64,000 bases of DNA from Candidatus Bathyarchaeum tardum (lineage in GTDB: Archaea; Thermoproteota; Bathyarchaeia; Bathyarchaeales; Bathyarchaeaceae). Positions 1 through 10,226 of the stretch are shown piece after piece; the first letter of the stretch is position 1, and each line of letters opens with the position of its first letter. The stretch lies in the NCBI GenBank assembly GCA_024650005.2, contig CP122380.1:1184001-1248000 (forward strand), read 5' to 3'. The notes under the pieces were generated by a model. That model saw only the letters and a program-made list of their open reading frames with translations. It ran no database searches and was not told where the DNA came from. A program made the translations under genes and the position numbers.

Positions 1-82
1 AAAATACAACCTGCGTTTTGATTGGGACCAAAAATACTGGTACATCGGACACGACGGAATCAAACGCTTATCTGAAAGAAAA

Positions 83-625
83 ATGAAATGCCAACCCTCA
101 AAATCTGTAGAGCAGCTAAAACAACAACTGTCAGATTATATCCGCCAAATCAGAGATCCGAACCTAAGAAGCAATATTGAACAATTATTGTCAGATTTTC
201 CATACTATTTTGAATGCCCTGGAGCTAAACGGTTCCATCATGCATACAAACACGGTTTGTTAGAGCACACCGTACAGATAATTGAGCTGTGTTTTGGCAT
301 GATAAACACTTTTGATGACGGCATTCGAATAAATCCAGATTTAGTAATTGTAGGTAGCATTTTGCATGACATAGGAAAAATCAACTGCTACCAGTTTGTA
401 GACGGCGCAATAGATACCCTGCCTATAATCGCAGAACACGACCACATAGTAAACGGAATAAAACTAGCTAGCCAATACATCAATGGTTCGCAACTTGACC
501 AACTAATCCACATTATTGCTAGCCACCACAAAGAAAAAAACTACGGCTCCCCGGTAACCCCAATATCGAATGAAGCATGGTTAATCAATACGGCAGATGA
601 CCTATCATCAAAAATAATGGGATAA
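83..625 (+). CDS. HD-domain phosphohydrolase (YhaM/Cbf1-like, no OB fold)
   Basis: HHAYKHGLLEHT, LHDIGK, IASHH and ADD motifs. Confidence 0.85.
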   Translation: MKCQPSKSVEQLKQQLSDYIRQIRDPNLRSNIEQLLSDFPYYFECPGAKRFHHAYKHGLLEHTVQIIELCFGMINTFDDGIRINPDLVIVGSILHDIGKINCYQFVDGAIDTLPIIAEHDHIVNGIKLASQYINGSQLDQLIHIIASHHKEKNYGSPVTPISNEAWLINTADDLSSKIMG

Positions 626-676
626 AAAAAACTTAAGTTAACAATAGTAACAAAACTGACCAAGGGTCTATTTAGA

Positions 677-1771
677 ATGAGTACAAAAGAATTAAGGCTT
701 GGTAAAAACGAGTCCAGCATATTTTTACTATTTCTTAAGGATCAGCCCCGAGACTTGATTGGAATTCTAAGGAAAACAAAGGCAATTCTTAACTTTCTTC
801 TAGTTGAGTTCCAACACCGGTTACTAAAGCCTGCACATGTTGTAGGATTCCCATATTACTTAACAATCGAAACTGGAAACCTTTGCCCATTACGTTGTTC
901 TTTATGCCCAACTGGACAACGAAAACAAGGTTTACCTCAGGGTTTTCTCAGTTTTGAAAACTATAAAAAAATAATTGATGAACTCGCCGATTACATATTA
1001 ATACTTGAGTTGTACAATTGGGGTGAACCCTTTCTAAACAAGGATTTTTTTAGAATGGTAAGATATGCTAGACGCCACAACATTTTTGTGACTACTAGTT
1101 CTAGCTTAAACGTTTTTGATGACCAAATCTGCAATGACCTATTGCATTCTGGCTTAAACGTGTTGATGGTTTCTTTGGATGGAGCAAGCCAAGAAACTGT
1201 TGAAACTTATCAACGCGGAAACGATTTCATTAAAGTGTTTGGCAACCTGAAACAGATCATTAAAGAAAAACGGGCTCTTAATCTTCGAAAGCCTTTGTTG
1301 CAGTGGAGGTTTTTTGTAACAAAATTCAACGAAAAAGAGTTGCTTAAAGCGGAACAGTTAGCAGAAGACGTAGGTGTTGATTACCTAGAGTTGGCGAAAC
1401 TTCTTTGTGACATGAGTCAAAGATTTTTTTTAGACGCCAAATCTCAGTTTGAAAACGTGAAAAAATGGTTACCCAAAGACCAACGATATTCTGCATACTC
1501 TATAGCTTCAGGGAAACGAAAAAATGTAATTGTCAAAGATTGTTCATCTTTGTGGACTAGATCAGTAATAAACTGGGACGGCAACGTTTTCCCCTGTTGT
1601 GGCGTGTACAGCGAAAAATGGAGTTTCGGAAATGTATTTACAGACGGATTTTTTGCAATATGGAATAATGATGCCTATCGGGCTTCACGAGAAACAGTTG
1701 CATTTGACAAAACTCGCAAACAAAAAAAGACTGTTTGCCAAATTTGTGCAAAAAATAAAGCCATGCAATAA
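677..1771 (+). CDS. Radical SAM protein with SPASM/twitch domain
   Basis: CPLRCSLC (CxxxCxxC), YNWGEP, C-terminal C...WDGNVFPCC...CQIC. Confidence 0.9.
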   Translation: MSTKELRLGKNESSIFLLFLKDQPRDLIGILRKTKAILNFLLVEFQHRLLKPAHVVGFPYYLTIETGNLCPLRCSLCPTGQRKQGLPQGFLSFENYKKIIDELADYILILELYNWGEPFLNKDFFRMVRYARRHNIFVTTSSSLNVFDDQICNDLLHSGLNVLMVSLDGASQETVETYQRGNDFIKVFGNLKQIIKEKRALNLRKPLLQWRFFVTKFNEKELLKAEQLAEDVGVDYLELAKLLCDMSQRFFLDAKSQFENVKKWLPKDQRYSAYSIASGKRKNVIVKDCSSLWTRSVINWDGNVFPCCGVYSEKWSFGNVFTDGFFAIWNNDAYRASRETVAFDKTRKQKKTVCQICAKNKAMQ

Positions 1772-1938
1772 AAAACAAGAAACTGATTGCCGAAATTTGA
1801 AAACTGGACTTGACCTTCTGCAAAATTATAATGGAAATCATTTTACACTTCAAAGAAGCGGCACTATGAATCAGGGAAAAATAAGAGTATATGTTAAGAA
1901 AAAAAATTTTCCTGATAGTTTACAACTATTTTAAAGAA

Positions 1939-3147
1939 TTAAATTAGACCGTTTCCTAGTTTTTGTTTGACCGTCTCTAATTGTTGAGGTATATTGATTT
2001 GTTGGGGGCATTTTGGTACACATTGATTGCATTGAATGCAAAGATTTGCGTTTCCATTGAGGTTGTTTTTATTGAGCTTGTCTTTTGTGTTGGCTAGTTT
2101 TTTGTAAGCTCGTTTTGCCATTATTCGACGTAAACGGCTAATTTCTAAAGAAACATTGTTTAAACAAGCAAAATTTTGAGGAATATTAACCCCTTCTGGA
2201 CATGGCAGGCAATAACCACATGCAGTACACGGGACAGTCAGCTTTTCTCGGTAAACTTCAGCAAGCCTTCTTACTATTTTTAGGTCCTGTTCAGTCAACG
2301 AATTAGGTCCCGAATGGTCAGCACTGGTACAATTCTGGTCTATCATTTCTTTTGTGTTCATGCCGCTTAAAATAACAGAAACTTCAGGCATGTTCCACAC
2401 AAACTGCAGCGCCCAATCTACTGCACTGCGTTTAATTGGAGCTGAATCTATTATCTTTTGAGCTTCTGACGGCAAATTTGCCAATGTTCCACCTTTGAGG
2501 GGCTCCATAACCGTGACTGCAATGTCTTTACTGTGAGCATACTTTATGCCCTGCGTTGTAGCCTGCACGTTTGTGTCCACGTAATTGTATTGTACAAGGG
2601 TTAGGTCCCATGGATAATAATCAACAATTTGTTTGAAAACCGGCAAGGTGTCATGAAACGAAAAACCAATACTGTGAATCAAGCCTTCTTGTTTGGCTTT
2701 TTCCATTTTTTTAATTAAATTTAACTTTATTAGTTTCTCAAATGAGCTGGAACTTAACGCATGAAACAAATATCCATCCAAATAGTCTGTCTGTAAACGT
2801 TTCATCTGACTTGTTAGGTACTTGTCAAAATGTTTTGCATTACGAACCATGAACATGGGCAACTTTGTAACCAAAAATACCCGTTCACGATAGCCTTCTT
2901 TTAGGGCTTCCCCCAAAATTTTTTCGCTGTCTCCTAGATGATATGGCCATGCAGTATCAATGTAATTAATTCCTTGGTCAATTCCGTACCGTATAACATC
3001 TACAGACTTTTTAGTATCAGCCCGCAACCTGTTAATTCTACGGGCAGGCAACCGCATACAACCAAATCCAAGAGTAGAAACCTTCCATTCGATAGATCCA
3101 AGTTTTCTATAATTCAACAATGTGACCCCTGTTAAAACAAAATCCAT
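1939..3147 (-). CDS. Aldo/keto reductase with C-terminal 4Fe-4S dicluster
   Basis: LGFGCMRLP, GINYIDTAWPY, CTACGYCLPCP and CIQCNQCVPKCP. Confidence 0.9.
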   Translation of the reverse strand: MDFVLTGVTLLNYRKLGSIEWKVSTLGFGCMRLPARRINRLRADTKKSVDVIRYGIDQGINYIDTAWPYHLGDSEKILGEALKEGYRERVFLVTKLPMFMVRNAKHFDKYLTSQMKRLQTDYLDGYLFHALSSSSFEKLIKLNLIKKMEKAKQEGLIHSIGFSFHDTLPVFKQIVDYYPWDLTLVQYNYVDTNVQATTQGIKYAHSKDIAVTVMEPLKGGTLANLPSEAQKIIDSAPIKRSAVDWALQFVWNMPEVSVILSGMNTKEMIDQNCTSADHSGPNSLTEQDLKIVRRLAEVYREKLTVPCTACGYCLPCPEGVNIPQNFACLNNVSLEISRLRRIMAKRAYKKLANTKDKLNKNNLNGNANLCIQCNQCVPKCPQQINIPQQLETVKQKLGNGLI

Positions 3148-3404
3148 TACCTTAAATAACTAAATAATTACAGTTCGGCAAAATTTTATCGTTCCGATTT
3201 TTTTTTTTAAAAAAAAACTTTAATGCCCAAAATGCACCAAAAACGAAAAAAAGTAACCTACGTGAAATGAATCAATTTTTTATTTATAAAAATAAATCTA
3301 ATTTTTAAAATCAGATATATGGATTGTTAATCAATATTTTTTTTTCATAATTTAATTATATACAAAAAATCATGATTGGTTGATAGAATTAGGAGCCCAA
3401 ACAA

Positions 3405-3575
3405 ATGAACTCTGCACTAACTCAAAACAGAGAAAAAATCAAAACAGTAATGATGCAGACCTTCCAAACTGAAATGCAAAACTTAAACCCAAACATGCAA
3501 AACATGTTGGTTGACGACCTTGTAACAGCTTTTTATTCTAGGCTGAAAGTTATGAAAAAAATCTCACAAAAATAA
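3405..3575 (+). CDS. Small hypothetical protein, 56 aa (not in ORF track)
   Basis: AGGAG at 3391, ATG at 3405, open frame MNSALTQNREKIK...LVDDLVTAFYSRLKVMKKISQK to TAA at 3573, 19 bp before the next gene. Confidence 0.65.
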   Translation: MNSALTQNREKIKTVMMQTFQTEMQNLNPNMQNMLVDDLVTAFYSRLKVMKKISQK

Positions 3576-3594
3576 TTAGGAAGGTTCCACGGAC

Positions 3595-3888
3595 ATGCGC
3601 AGATCAAGAATGGAAACCCACTTAGAAATCTTAAAAATTTTGGCTCAAAAGCGTAGCCTAAAACTCACTGAATTAATGTATGAAACCAACACAAACTGCA
3701 GTGTCCTTAAAGAACACCTAAAATTTTTAGTTCGAAAAGAACTCATTGTAGAAAACAGCCTAAAAAACAAAAACATAGTCTACGATGTAACCGAACAAGG
3801 ATTGATGGTACTAAAGCACTTCAACGAACTTGAAACAATATTATCAAAAACAAAAACTAAACCCGTAAAAATTCAAACAATCCTCTAA
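3595..3888 (+). CDS. Winged helix-turn-helix DNA-binding protein
   Basis: MRRSRMETHLEIL...YDVTEQG pattern of small archaeal wHTH regulators. Confidence 0.85.
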   Translation: MRRSRMETHLEILKILAQKRSLKLTELMYETNTNCSVLKEHLKFLVRKELIVENSLKNKNIVYDVTEQGLMVLKHFNELETILSKTKTKPVKIQTIL

Positions 3889-4118
3889 CAACATTTCGGT
3901 CAGATTATTGAAATCCACATTTTAGTGACAAATCCTGACAGTTTCTTTATTTTACTGCAGGTATAAAACGTAGCCTAAACCGGATTATAGATTATTTAAA
4001 AAAACAAATCCCAAAATCAATTATCAAACCGTATTTTTTGATGGTTATCTGCAACATAAAAATTTTATCTTGTCTATGATTGAATCTTTTTAGGTATGAC
4101 CTGTTACTGTAGTTAACG

Positions 4119-4382
4119 GTGTTTGTTTTGGGCAAGATTGACCATCAACGCGGACAACAGTTAACCCTTAGATGCGGGAAATGCAAAAGACCGCTAGGCA
4201 TTTTTTATGTACAAAAAAGCGTTACTTGTAAACCCAAAATTGAAGTGTTGAAAGGCTCAGTGCACAAAACATGTAAAGGAACCATGAAAATTCATGCCAT
4301 CTGTAAATGTGGAGAAAAAACTGTTTTTGAAAACAATTCAGAAACTCCAACTAAACAAGGATGGAAGCGACTGAACCAGTGA
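4119..4382 (+). CDS. Small putative zinc-binding protein
   Basis: CGKC and CKCG motifs; overlaps start of the next gene. Confidence 0.45.
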   Translation: MFVLGKIDHQRGQQLTLRCGKCKRPLGIFYVQKSVTCKPKIEVLKGSVHKTCKGTMKIHAICKCGEKTVFENNSETPTKQGWKRLNQ

Positions 4383-5341
4383 ACAATACAAAAACTGTCC
4401 TAATTGTCATACTTGTTTTCGCATTGTTTTCATACAATATTCCATTAACTTCCGCCCAGACTGAAACCAATGTAACTGTACACTTTATCGATGTGGGACA
4501 AGGGGACAGCATATTCATAGACACCCACGAAAAAGACGTACTCATTGACGCTGGTTCCAAATCAGCAACTCAAACTGTATTGAACTACCTTGCAAATTTG
4601 AACATAACCCATATTCATCTAGTCCTCGCAACCCATGCACACGAAGACCACATCGGCGGCCTAGTTGGCGTACTTAACTCAAACATTACCATCGACACAG
4701 TTCTTTATAACAATCAAACCTACACTTCTGCAACATACACAAACTTTGTTTCAGCTGCACAACCTCATAATCTCACTGTAGCCCAAAGAGGACAAATCTA
4801 CATCTTAACACAAACCACAAACCTAACCGTCCTTAACCCCGTTCAGCCCCTTGAATTCAGTCACCAAAACGACAACAGCATCGTAACCAAACTCCAAACC
4901 GGAAACATATCCTTTCTTTTCACTGGAGACGCGGAAACCCCAGCTGAGAACAGCATGCTAATTTCCTCTGTAAGCAGCCTTCAATGTGAAGTCCTAAAAA
5001 TTGGACACCACGGAAGCAAAACAGCAACCAGCCAAACTTTACTTGATATAACTAACCCTAAATACGCAATCATAAGCGCTGGACTAAACAACAAATATGG
5101 TCATCCTCATAACGAAACCTTACAAACCCTTGAAACAAAAAACGTAACAACCTACTGCACAATAAACTCTGGTTCAATAGTCATACAAACAACAGGAAAC
5201 GATATAACTTTCCTAGACAACCCAACCCCAATAATTATCCCCGAAATCCCCCAAACCTTGGTGTTGCTAGTTCTAGCAGTAACACTAACCGTTGCAGCCT
5301 TCTGTAAACAAAAAAGAACAAAAACAAACAACAAACTCTAA
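4361..5341 (+). CDS. Secreted ComEC/Rec2-type metallo-beta-lactamase-fold nuclease with C-terminal membrane anchor
   Basis: Signal peptide, FIDVGQGD, THAHEDHIGG, LFTGDAE, KIGHHGS, YGHPH; IPEIP-TM-basic tail. Confidence 0.88.
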   Translation: MEATEPVNNTKTVLIVILVFALFSYNIPLTSAQTETNVTVHFIDVGQGDSIFIDTHEKDVLIDAGSKSATQTVLNYLANLNITHIHLVLATHAHEDHIGGLVGVLNSNITIDTVLYNNQTYTSATYTNFVSAAQPHNLTVAQRGQIYILTQTTNLTVLNPVQPLEFSHQNDNSIVTKLQTGNISFLFTGDAETPAENSMLISSVSSLQCEVLKIGHHGSKTATSQTLLDITNPKYAIISAGLNNKYGHPHNETLQTLETKNVTTYCTINSGSIVIQTTGNDITFLDNPTPIIIPEIPQTLVLLVLAVTLTVAAFCKQKRTKTNNKL

Positions 5342-5409
5342 GCTACATAGCCCAAGCTTTTTTACACAAAAAACCTTAATGTACAATGTTAACTCTGGAA
5401 CACAGGTGC

Positions 5410-5943
5410 CTACAAAGATGCTCCAAGAGTGTAAGCCTTGCCTAATTCTGTTTGGTCTTTTGTAATATCGCCTTTATTGTATGCTTTACCAAAAACTGTA
5501 CCTGCAAGTTTGACCTTGATGTATACAAACATTCGTTCAAACATGTCCTGCATCGGTTCACATGCAACTGGTCCTTCCGCAGATGGAGAAACGATAACAG
5601 CACGTTTTCCTGCTAACTTTTTGTTCTCAACAAATGGCCGCATACGATCAATCAACATTTTCATTTTCGCGGTAGGTCCATACCAATAAATCGGAGTACC
5701 AAAAACAATAACATCTGCAGATTCCATGGCGTCATAAAACGTTGACATTTCATCGTTGATGCAGCAAACGTAATCCCCTTTTTTGCAGTTTCGGCAGTCA
5801 GTACACAAAGAAATGTTGTAATCATACAAGTACAGCTTTTCGGTATCGTATCCATTTGATTTAGCTCCGTCTAGCAGCCTGTTGACCAGCAAATCGGTGT
5901 TGCCCCCTTGTCTGGGGCTGCCAATTAAAGCTAAAATTTTCAT
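5410..5943 (-). CDS. Flavodoxin-family / iron-sulfur flavoprotein
   Basis: GSPRQGGNT, CTDCRNC, FGTPIYW. Confidence 0.9.
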   Translation of the reverse strand: MKILALIGSPRQGGNTDLLVNRLLDGAKSNGYDTEKLYLYDYNISLCTDCRNCKKGDYVCCINDEMSTFYDAMESADVIVFGTPIYWYGPTAKMKMLIDRMRPFVENKKLAGKRAVIVSPSAEGPVACEPMQDMFERMFVYIKVKLAGTVFGKAYNKGDITKDQTELGKAYTLGASL

Positions 5944-5953
5944 GCTTGTCCCT

Positions 5954-6592
5954 TTACTCTTTGAAGAATCTGCGAATATCCATTAGGTCTTTCATTGTGT
6001 TCAGGGTAAACCACATGCCATGGTATGTGTATCCTTGAAGTGACTTTTTGTCTGCTATTCGTTGCATTGCTGTAAATTCAAAATCTCCTGTTTCAGGGAA
6101 CAGGGATTCTACGACACTTCGTTTGAACACGTAATGTCCAGTGCTAACGTAAAAATCAAGGGTTTGTCTTGCCTGAAAACGGATAACATCTATACCGTTA
6201 GCTAAGGTTACTTTTCCAAAGGGAATTTGAGGTTTAGCTAATAATAGCCCTGCTCCTTTTCCTGCATAATCAAACAATTCGTTGGGATCATAAAATACGA
6301 GATCGTCTACATTCATTACGTATGCTACTTTTCCTTTGACGTCTTGGAAAGCTTTGCGTGTTGCTCCACCTGTGCCTAGACTTTCTTCTTCTATCGAATA
6401 TTTAACAGGCTCTTTAGTTAGGTCAGAACGGTTTGATGCTACGATAATGTTATCAAAACCATGTGAACGAAGCCAAGTAATCTGATGGTCAATCAAAGTT
6501 TTGTTATTAATTTTCAAAAGTGGTTTAGGAACCCAAGTTGCAGGTTTTAACCTCCAACCTTCTCCTCCAGCTAAGATTATTGCTTCTCTCAC
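5954..6592 (-). CDS. Sugar-phosphate nucleotidyltransferase family protein
   Basis: AIILAGGEGWRL...PKPLL, LGTGGA. Confidence 0.88.
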   Translation of the reverse strand: MREAIILAGGEGWRLKPATWVPKPLLKINNKTLIDHQITWLRSHGFDNIIVASNRSDLTKEPVKYSIEEESLGTGGATRKAFQDVKGKVAYVMNVDDLVFYDPNELFDYAGKGAGLLLAKPQIPFGKVTLANGIDVIRFQARQTLDFYVSTGHYVFKRSVVESLFPETGDFEFTAMQRIADKKSLQGYTYHGMWFTLNTMKDLMDIRRFFKE

Positions 6593-6696
6593 AATATGTA
6601 CCCCATGTGTAAAGAATAATACTATTTGTTTTTACTTTAAGGTTTCCATATAATAATACATTTAGTAATAATGATATTAGTAGTAGTAACTAGATT

Positions 6697-6958
6697 AAAT
6701 TACGAAAGAAAGATTTTGTTATTATCACTGACAGTAATGCACCTAAAAATGGGAATACACATTCACCTATGTAAATATGAAACATACGATTTAGCGGAAG
6801 GATTAAACGAGTTTTTTAATCAAAAAGTTGAGATTCTACGGATAAAACATGGTAAAGGACAAACCCTTGATACTCTAATTACAGAAGAGGTTTTATTGTT
6901 GGCTAAGTTTTTGAGAAATGAAAGAAAAGAATGGAAACCTCGAATAACCGCTGTTTAA
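6697..6958 (+). pseudogene. cas1: 3' remnant of a solo Cas1-family gene, frameshifted
   Basis: KLRKKDFVIITD in one frame joins MHLKMG..HLC.YET..LAEGLN.FF..KVEI.RIKHGK.QTLDTLI.EE.LLLAKFLRNERKEW.PRI in another; matches my recollection of the C-terminus of Bathyarchaeia Cas1; no N-terminal part. Confidence 0.65.
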
Positions 6959-6981
6959 AATATGCTAACTATTTATTGAAA

Positions 6982-7266
6982 TTATTCCAAACTTACACCC
7001 TGTTGTCTCAATTCGTTAACATACTGTTCATATGAAAGCGGACAATTAACCAAGTCTACGAATTGGTTTTTTTCTAATTTGACTTGGATTGACATTTTAT
7101 CAATTAAGTCGTCACCAATTTGATTTCCGCCATGACTGACTTTTGTAAAGACTACTGTTTTTTTTCCATTAAAATAGAATATTAAATATTTATGGTGGCT
7201 ATTTGAAGGTTGAAATCCTTTTCGACATAATCCGTTTATTACGTCTCTGACTCTCAAGGTAGCCAA
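6982..7266 (-). CDS. HicA-like toxin (dsRBD-fold mRNA interferase)
   Basis: L.RKGF...SHH.YL..Y..GK....TKVSHG...I...L...M..Q..L..F..LV.CPL pattern. Confidence 0.75.
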   Translation of the reverse strand: MATLRVRDVINGLCRKGFQPSNSHHKYLIFYFNGKKTVVFTKVSHGGNQIGDDLIDKMSIQVKLEKNQFVDLVNCPLSYEQYVNELRQQGVSLE

Positions 7267-7281
7267 TTAGAAAAGCACCTT

Positions 7282-7749
7282 TTATCTTCGTACATATGTC
7301 AATATTCGCTGTCGAAGTTGTCTAGCATCTTGAGTCAAATCAGCCTCAGTAGCTTCTCCATATTCTGTAATTAAGAATGATATGTCTTCTTTGAATTCTT
7401 CTAAACCTTGGTCAAAATTTCGATTAACGGTGAAAATTCCTAATTCATTGTTTTCAAAGAGATATCCTTCTTTGTTGAGTTTAACAAGTGCAGGTATGTC
7501 ACGAGCTAACTCTATGGGTCGGTTTCCAAGATTTATGCGATTAATGTGTATACAACGAGGACTTTTTGTATATTCTTTGCTATAATCTAAAGATGCAGAA
7601 GAGCTTAAAACTGATTCGACAATTTCGGCATAAACATCAAAAAAGGATTTTGACATATCAATAGGACTAACTGTCCCTCCTTGATAATATCGATGTTTTA
7701 TCCTATCTGAAGCAGAATCAAGATAAATTTTAACTGACATCTTTCTCAT
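7282..7749 (-). CDS. Putative antitoxin with HicB-like C-terminal region
   Basis: YLFENNELGIFT....DQGLEEFKEDISFL..EY...LT.DA..L; directly upstream of HicA-like gene. Confidence 0.55.
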   Translation of the reverse strand: MRKMSVKIYLDSASDRIKHRYYQGGTVSPIDMSKSFFDVYAEIVESVLSSSASLDYSKEYTKSPRCIHINRINLGNRPIELARDIPALVKLNKEGYLFENNELGIFTVNRNFDQGLEEFKEDISFLITEYGEATEADLTQDARQLRQRILTYVRR

Positions 7750-8092
7750 CTTTTACTTTTTCTTTTGAGTTTTCATATTGTTGAACTTTGTCAAGAATCC
7801 AATTTGCTAACGAACTAGCTTGTTCTGTAGTCAACATTACCCCAAATTGCATCCTTCTAACTATCTCAATTTCTTTCTTTTCTTTTTTAACATCATTTAT
7901 AGTTCCATCTTCGTTTATGGTTTTTACCTCACTATCTGGAACAGCACTATGTTCTAGAAAAAAATGCATCAATAAATCTCCTCGGGCAGAAACTCCACCC
8001 CACGCACCATTAGCTGGAAATATCTCGTAGTCCTCTGGAAATTGATGAAGGAACTTGAGGGTTCGCTTCTTTTTTTCATCCATTTCAACCAC
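7730..8092 (-). CDS. Hypothetical protein (DUF3467-like), first gene of TA operon
   Basis: Y..FPANGAWGG....GDL.MHFF.E...RR...GVML..EQA..LANWI; overlaps next ORF. Confidence 0.6.
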   Translation of the reverse strand: MVEMDEKKKRTLKFLHQFPEDYEIFPANGAWGGVSARGDLLMHFFLEHSAVPDSEVKTINEDGTINDVKKEKKEIEIVRRMQFGVMLTTEQASSLANWILDKVQQYENSKEKVKDEKDVS

Positions 8093-8559
8093 TGCTCATT
8101 TAGTTATTATTTAGAAAGATATGTGTTATGATTTTAGGATAAGTTCCTAAATTTAAAATTTCTTATTATTGTTTCTATAACTATGTTTAATGTACTATCA
8201 TACTACATATTTTTTATGTTTTCACACGTTATGTGTGAGTTTTTTGTTATTGTATTTGATTTTGTATATTGTGAGAAGAGGAGTAGATAGGAAGAGGATA
8301 GAAGAGGGGAAAAAAGATTAACTTTTAACCTTAAATCTAATTTTTTTTGCTAAATTAAGGCAGTTGAGTAAAGTAGATATTATGCGTATTAAATAGATGC
8401 ACTATACCATAATTTTTTAAATAACTTTTTACTAAAGGTATTGAGAATTCACCATCATTCTTACTTAAAGATAGTGTTCATAACATCCCGTTTTTGTGAA
8501 TATTTATAAGAACCATTGTTTCTACTAACTGTAAACAAGTAAAAAGAGGATGTGAAAAT

Positions 8560-8748
8560 ATGCCATCACACGGTTCATTATCAAAAGCAGGCAAAGTACG
8601 ATCCATTACACCTAAACTAGAAGCAAGAGAAAGACACTCTGCAACTCCACGAGTGGACAACCGAAGTTGCTTCCATAAACGCTTTGAACTCAACAGAGAA
8701 AGTGGACAATACAAGCCTGGACAAAGAAGCAGACGAAAACGACGCTAA
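8560..8748 (+). CDS. rps30e: 30S ribosomal protein S30e
   Basis: MPSHGSLSKAGKVRS.TPK signature. Confidence 0.95.
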   Translation: MPSHGSLSKAGKVRSITPKLEARERHSATPRVDNRSCFHKRFELNRESGQYKPGQRSRRKRR

Positions 8749-8840
8749 ACTATTATTTTTTATCAATTGAGCCACATCAAAAAGTGGCTTAACAATATTG
8801 TTTTAATATTTTCACCCTTTAGAACATATTTGTACTCAGT

Positions 8841-9371
8841 TTATTTGTTCATATTATATGTACGTTCACGCCAGCGCTGATTCCAACTTTTCCATCCTGT
8901 TTTCACAAGATTTTCTCTGAGATGAGGACGCTCTGCAACCCATTCAATAAAAGTGTTGAAACTGCGTTTTTTGTTCATTTTATCAAAATCTATTCCCACT
9001 TCTTTGCACCAGTTCGCAAAACTGCGTTCAACCATTTCTTGAAGTTCTCCAGTTACTTCGACTTTTTCAACTGTAAAACCTTGTTGCCTTAGATATCTGC
9101 GTATACTAGTAAGGACATAGCCTGAACAAACCTTGAAAACTGTTTCTTGGTCCGGTTTCATTACTTCAATAATTTCTTGGGCAATTTTTACTGCATCTTC
9201 TAGGTACCGTTTATTCTGAAAATGTGGCGGCTGAAACGAAGACAAAGGAATTCTACGTTCCATATATCTGCGGTCTGGAAGTTTAAGGGCGCCAATAACT
9301 ACCCCTAAAATTAGGTCACCCCAACCTGAATCGTCAATGAGAATCTCTTTTTTGTATAGGAATTTTTCCAT
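8841..9371 (-). CDS. Conserved hypothetical protein, RNase H-like N-terminal motif; paralog of 51728..52240
   Basis: ILIDDSGWGDLILGVVI, VCSGY, GELQ, KTGW shared with paralog. Confidence 0.7.
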   Translation of the reverse strand: MEKFLYKKEILIDDSGWGDLILGVVIGALKLPDRRYMERRIPLSSFQPPHFQNKRYLEDAVKIAQEIIEVMKPDQETVFKVCSGYVLTSIRRYLRQQGFTVEKVEVTGELQEMVERSFANWCKEVGIDFDKMNKKRSFNTFIEWVAERPHLRENLVKTGWKSWNQRWRERTYNMNK

Positions 9372-9471
9372 TTCTATACCTTACCTGTAGAACAAATCTG
9401 TTAAAAAAGAATAAAGGGGGCAAACCGTAAAAAACTTGTCTACCCTTTTGTTAGGTTTATTGGTTTACTGC

Positions 9472-10056
9472 TTACAATGGCAGTACTTTTCTGTCGTAGG
9501 TTTCGTTTAGAACTTCAGCGATTCCAGTGTAGATGGCGCTTGATCCACAGATTATTCCTTCAATTCCAGTGATTGTCAGTAAGTCTGCGTTGCCAGTTAG
9601 TCGGTATGCTGCTAACATGAAGAACAGTACAACTAAGCTAGCGAATACGAACTTTAGTGCATTAGGCTTTTTGAGGGTTCCACAGAACATGAATAATGTG
9701 AATAGACCCCACATGATGAAGTATGCAGCCATTGCTGTGTCACCGGGTGCTATAACTGATCCAGATGCTAGTAATGTGAAGTTAGGCAATAACAGTAAGA
9801 TTACAAGAGACCACCAGAATAAGCCGTAAGAAGTGAATGCAAGTGTACCAAAAGTGTTGCCTTTTTTGAATTCCATTATTCCTGCAATTACTTGAGCTAA
9901 TCCACCATAGACTAGACCCATTGCTAGAATCATAGCACCTAGAGGATAAAGACCTGCGTTGTGTATGTTAAGTAGCACTGTAGTCATTCCGAAGCCCAGT
10001 AGCCCCAAAGGAGCTGGATTTGCTAATTTCTCGCTCATTGTCATTTTCACTCTCAA
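9472..10056 (-). CDS. satP: Acetate/succinate transporter, GPR1/FUN34/YaaH family
   Basis: [27 protein letters not shown]. Confidence 0.92.
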   Translation of the reverse strand: MRVKMTMSEKLANPAPLGLLGFGMTTVLLNIHNAGLYPLGAMILAMGLVYGGLAQVIAGIMEFKKGNTFGTLAFTSYGLFWWSLVILLLLPNFTLLASGSVIAPGDTAMAAYFIMWGLFTLFMFCGTLKKPNALKFVFASLVVLFFMLAAYRLTGNADLLTITGIEGIICGSSAIYTGIAEVLNETYDRKVLPL

Positions 10057-10226
10057 TAGGATTTTTGGATTTAGTCGGATTTACTGCATATAAATCTTCG
10101 TCTCAGATTAGTATAATTATTTAATATGTACACTCAATAATCATTATTCTGTGAACTTTTTTCCTATCTTGATAAAAGGCTGTTTTACAATATTTCTGAA
10201 TTGGAATAAACCAGAGGAAAAAGAAC

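Noticed and set aside
6600-8500. CRISPR array near the cas1 remnant
   Set aside because: No regularly spaced repeats here or anywhere else in the window.
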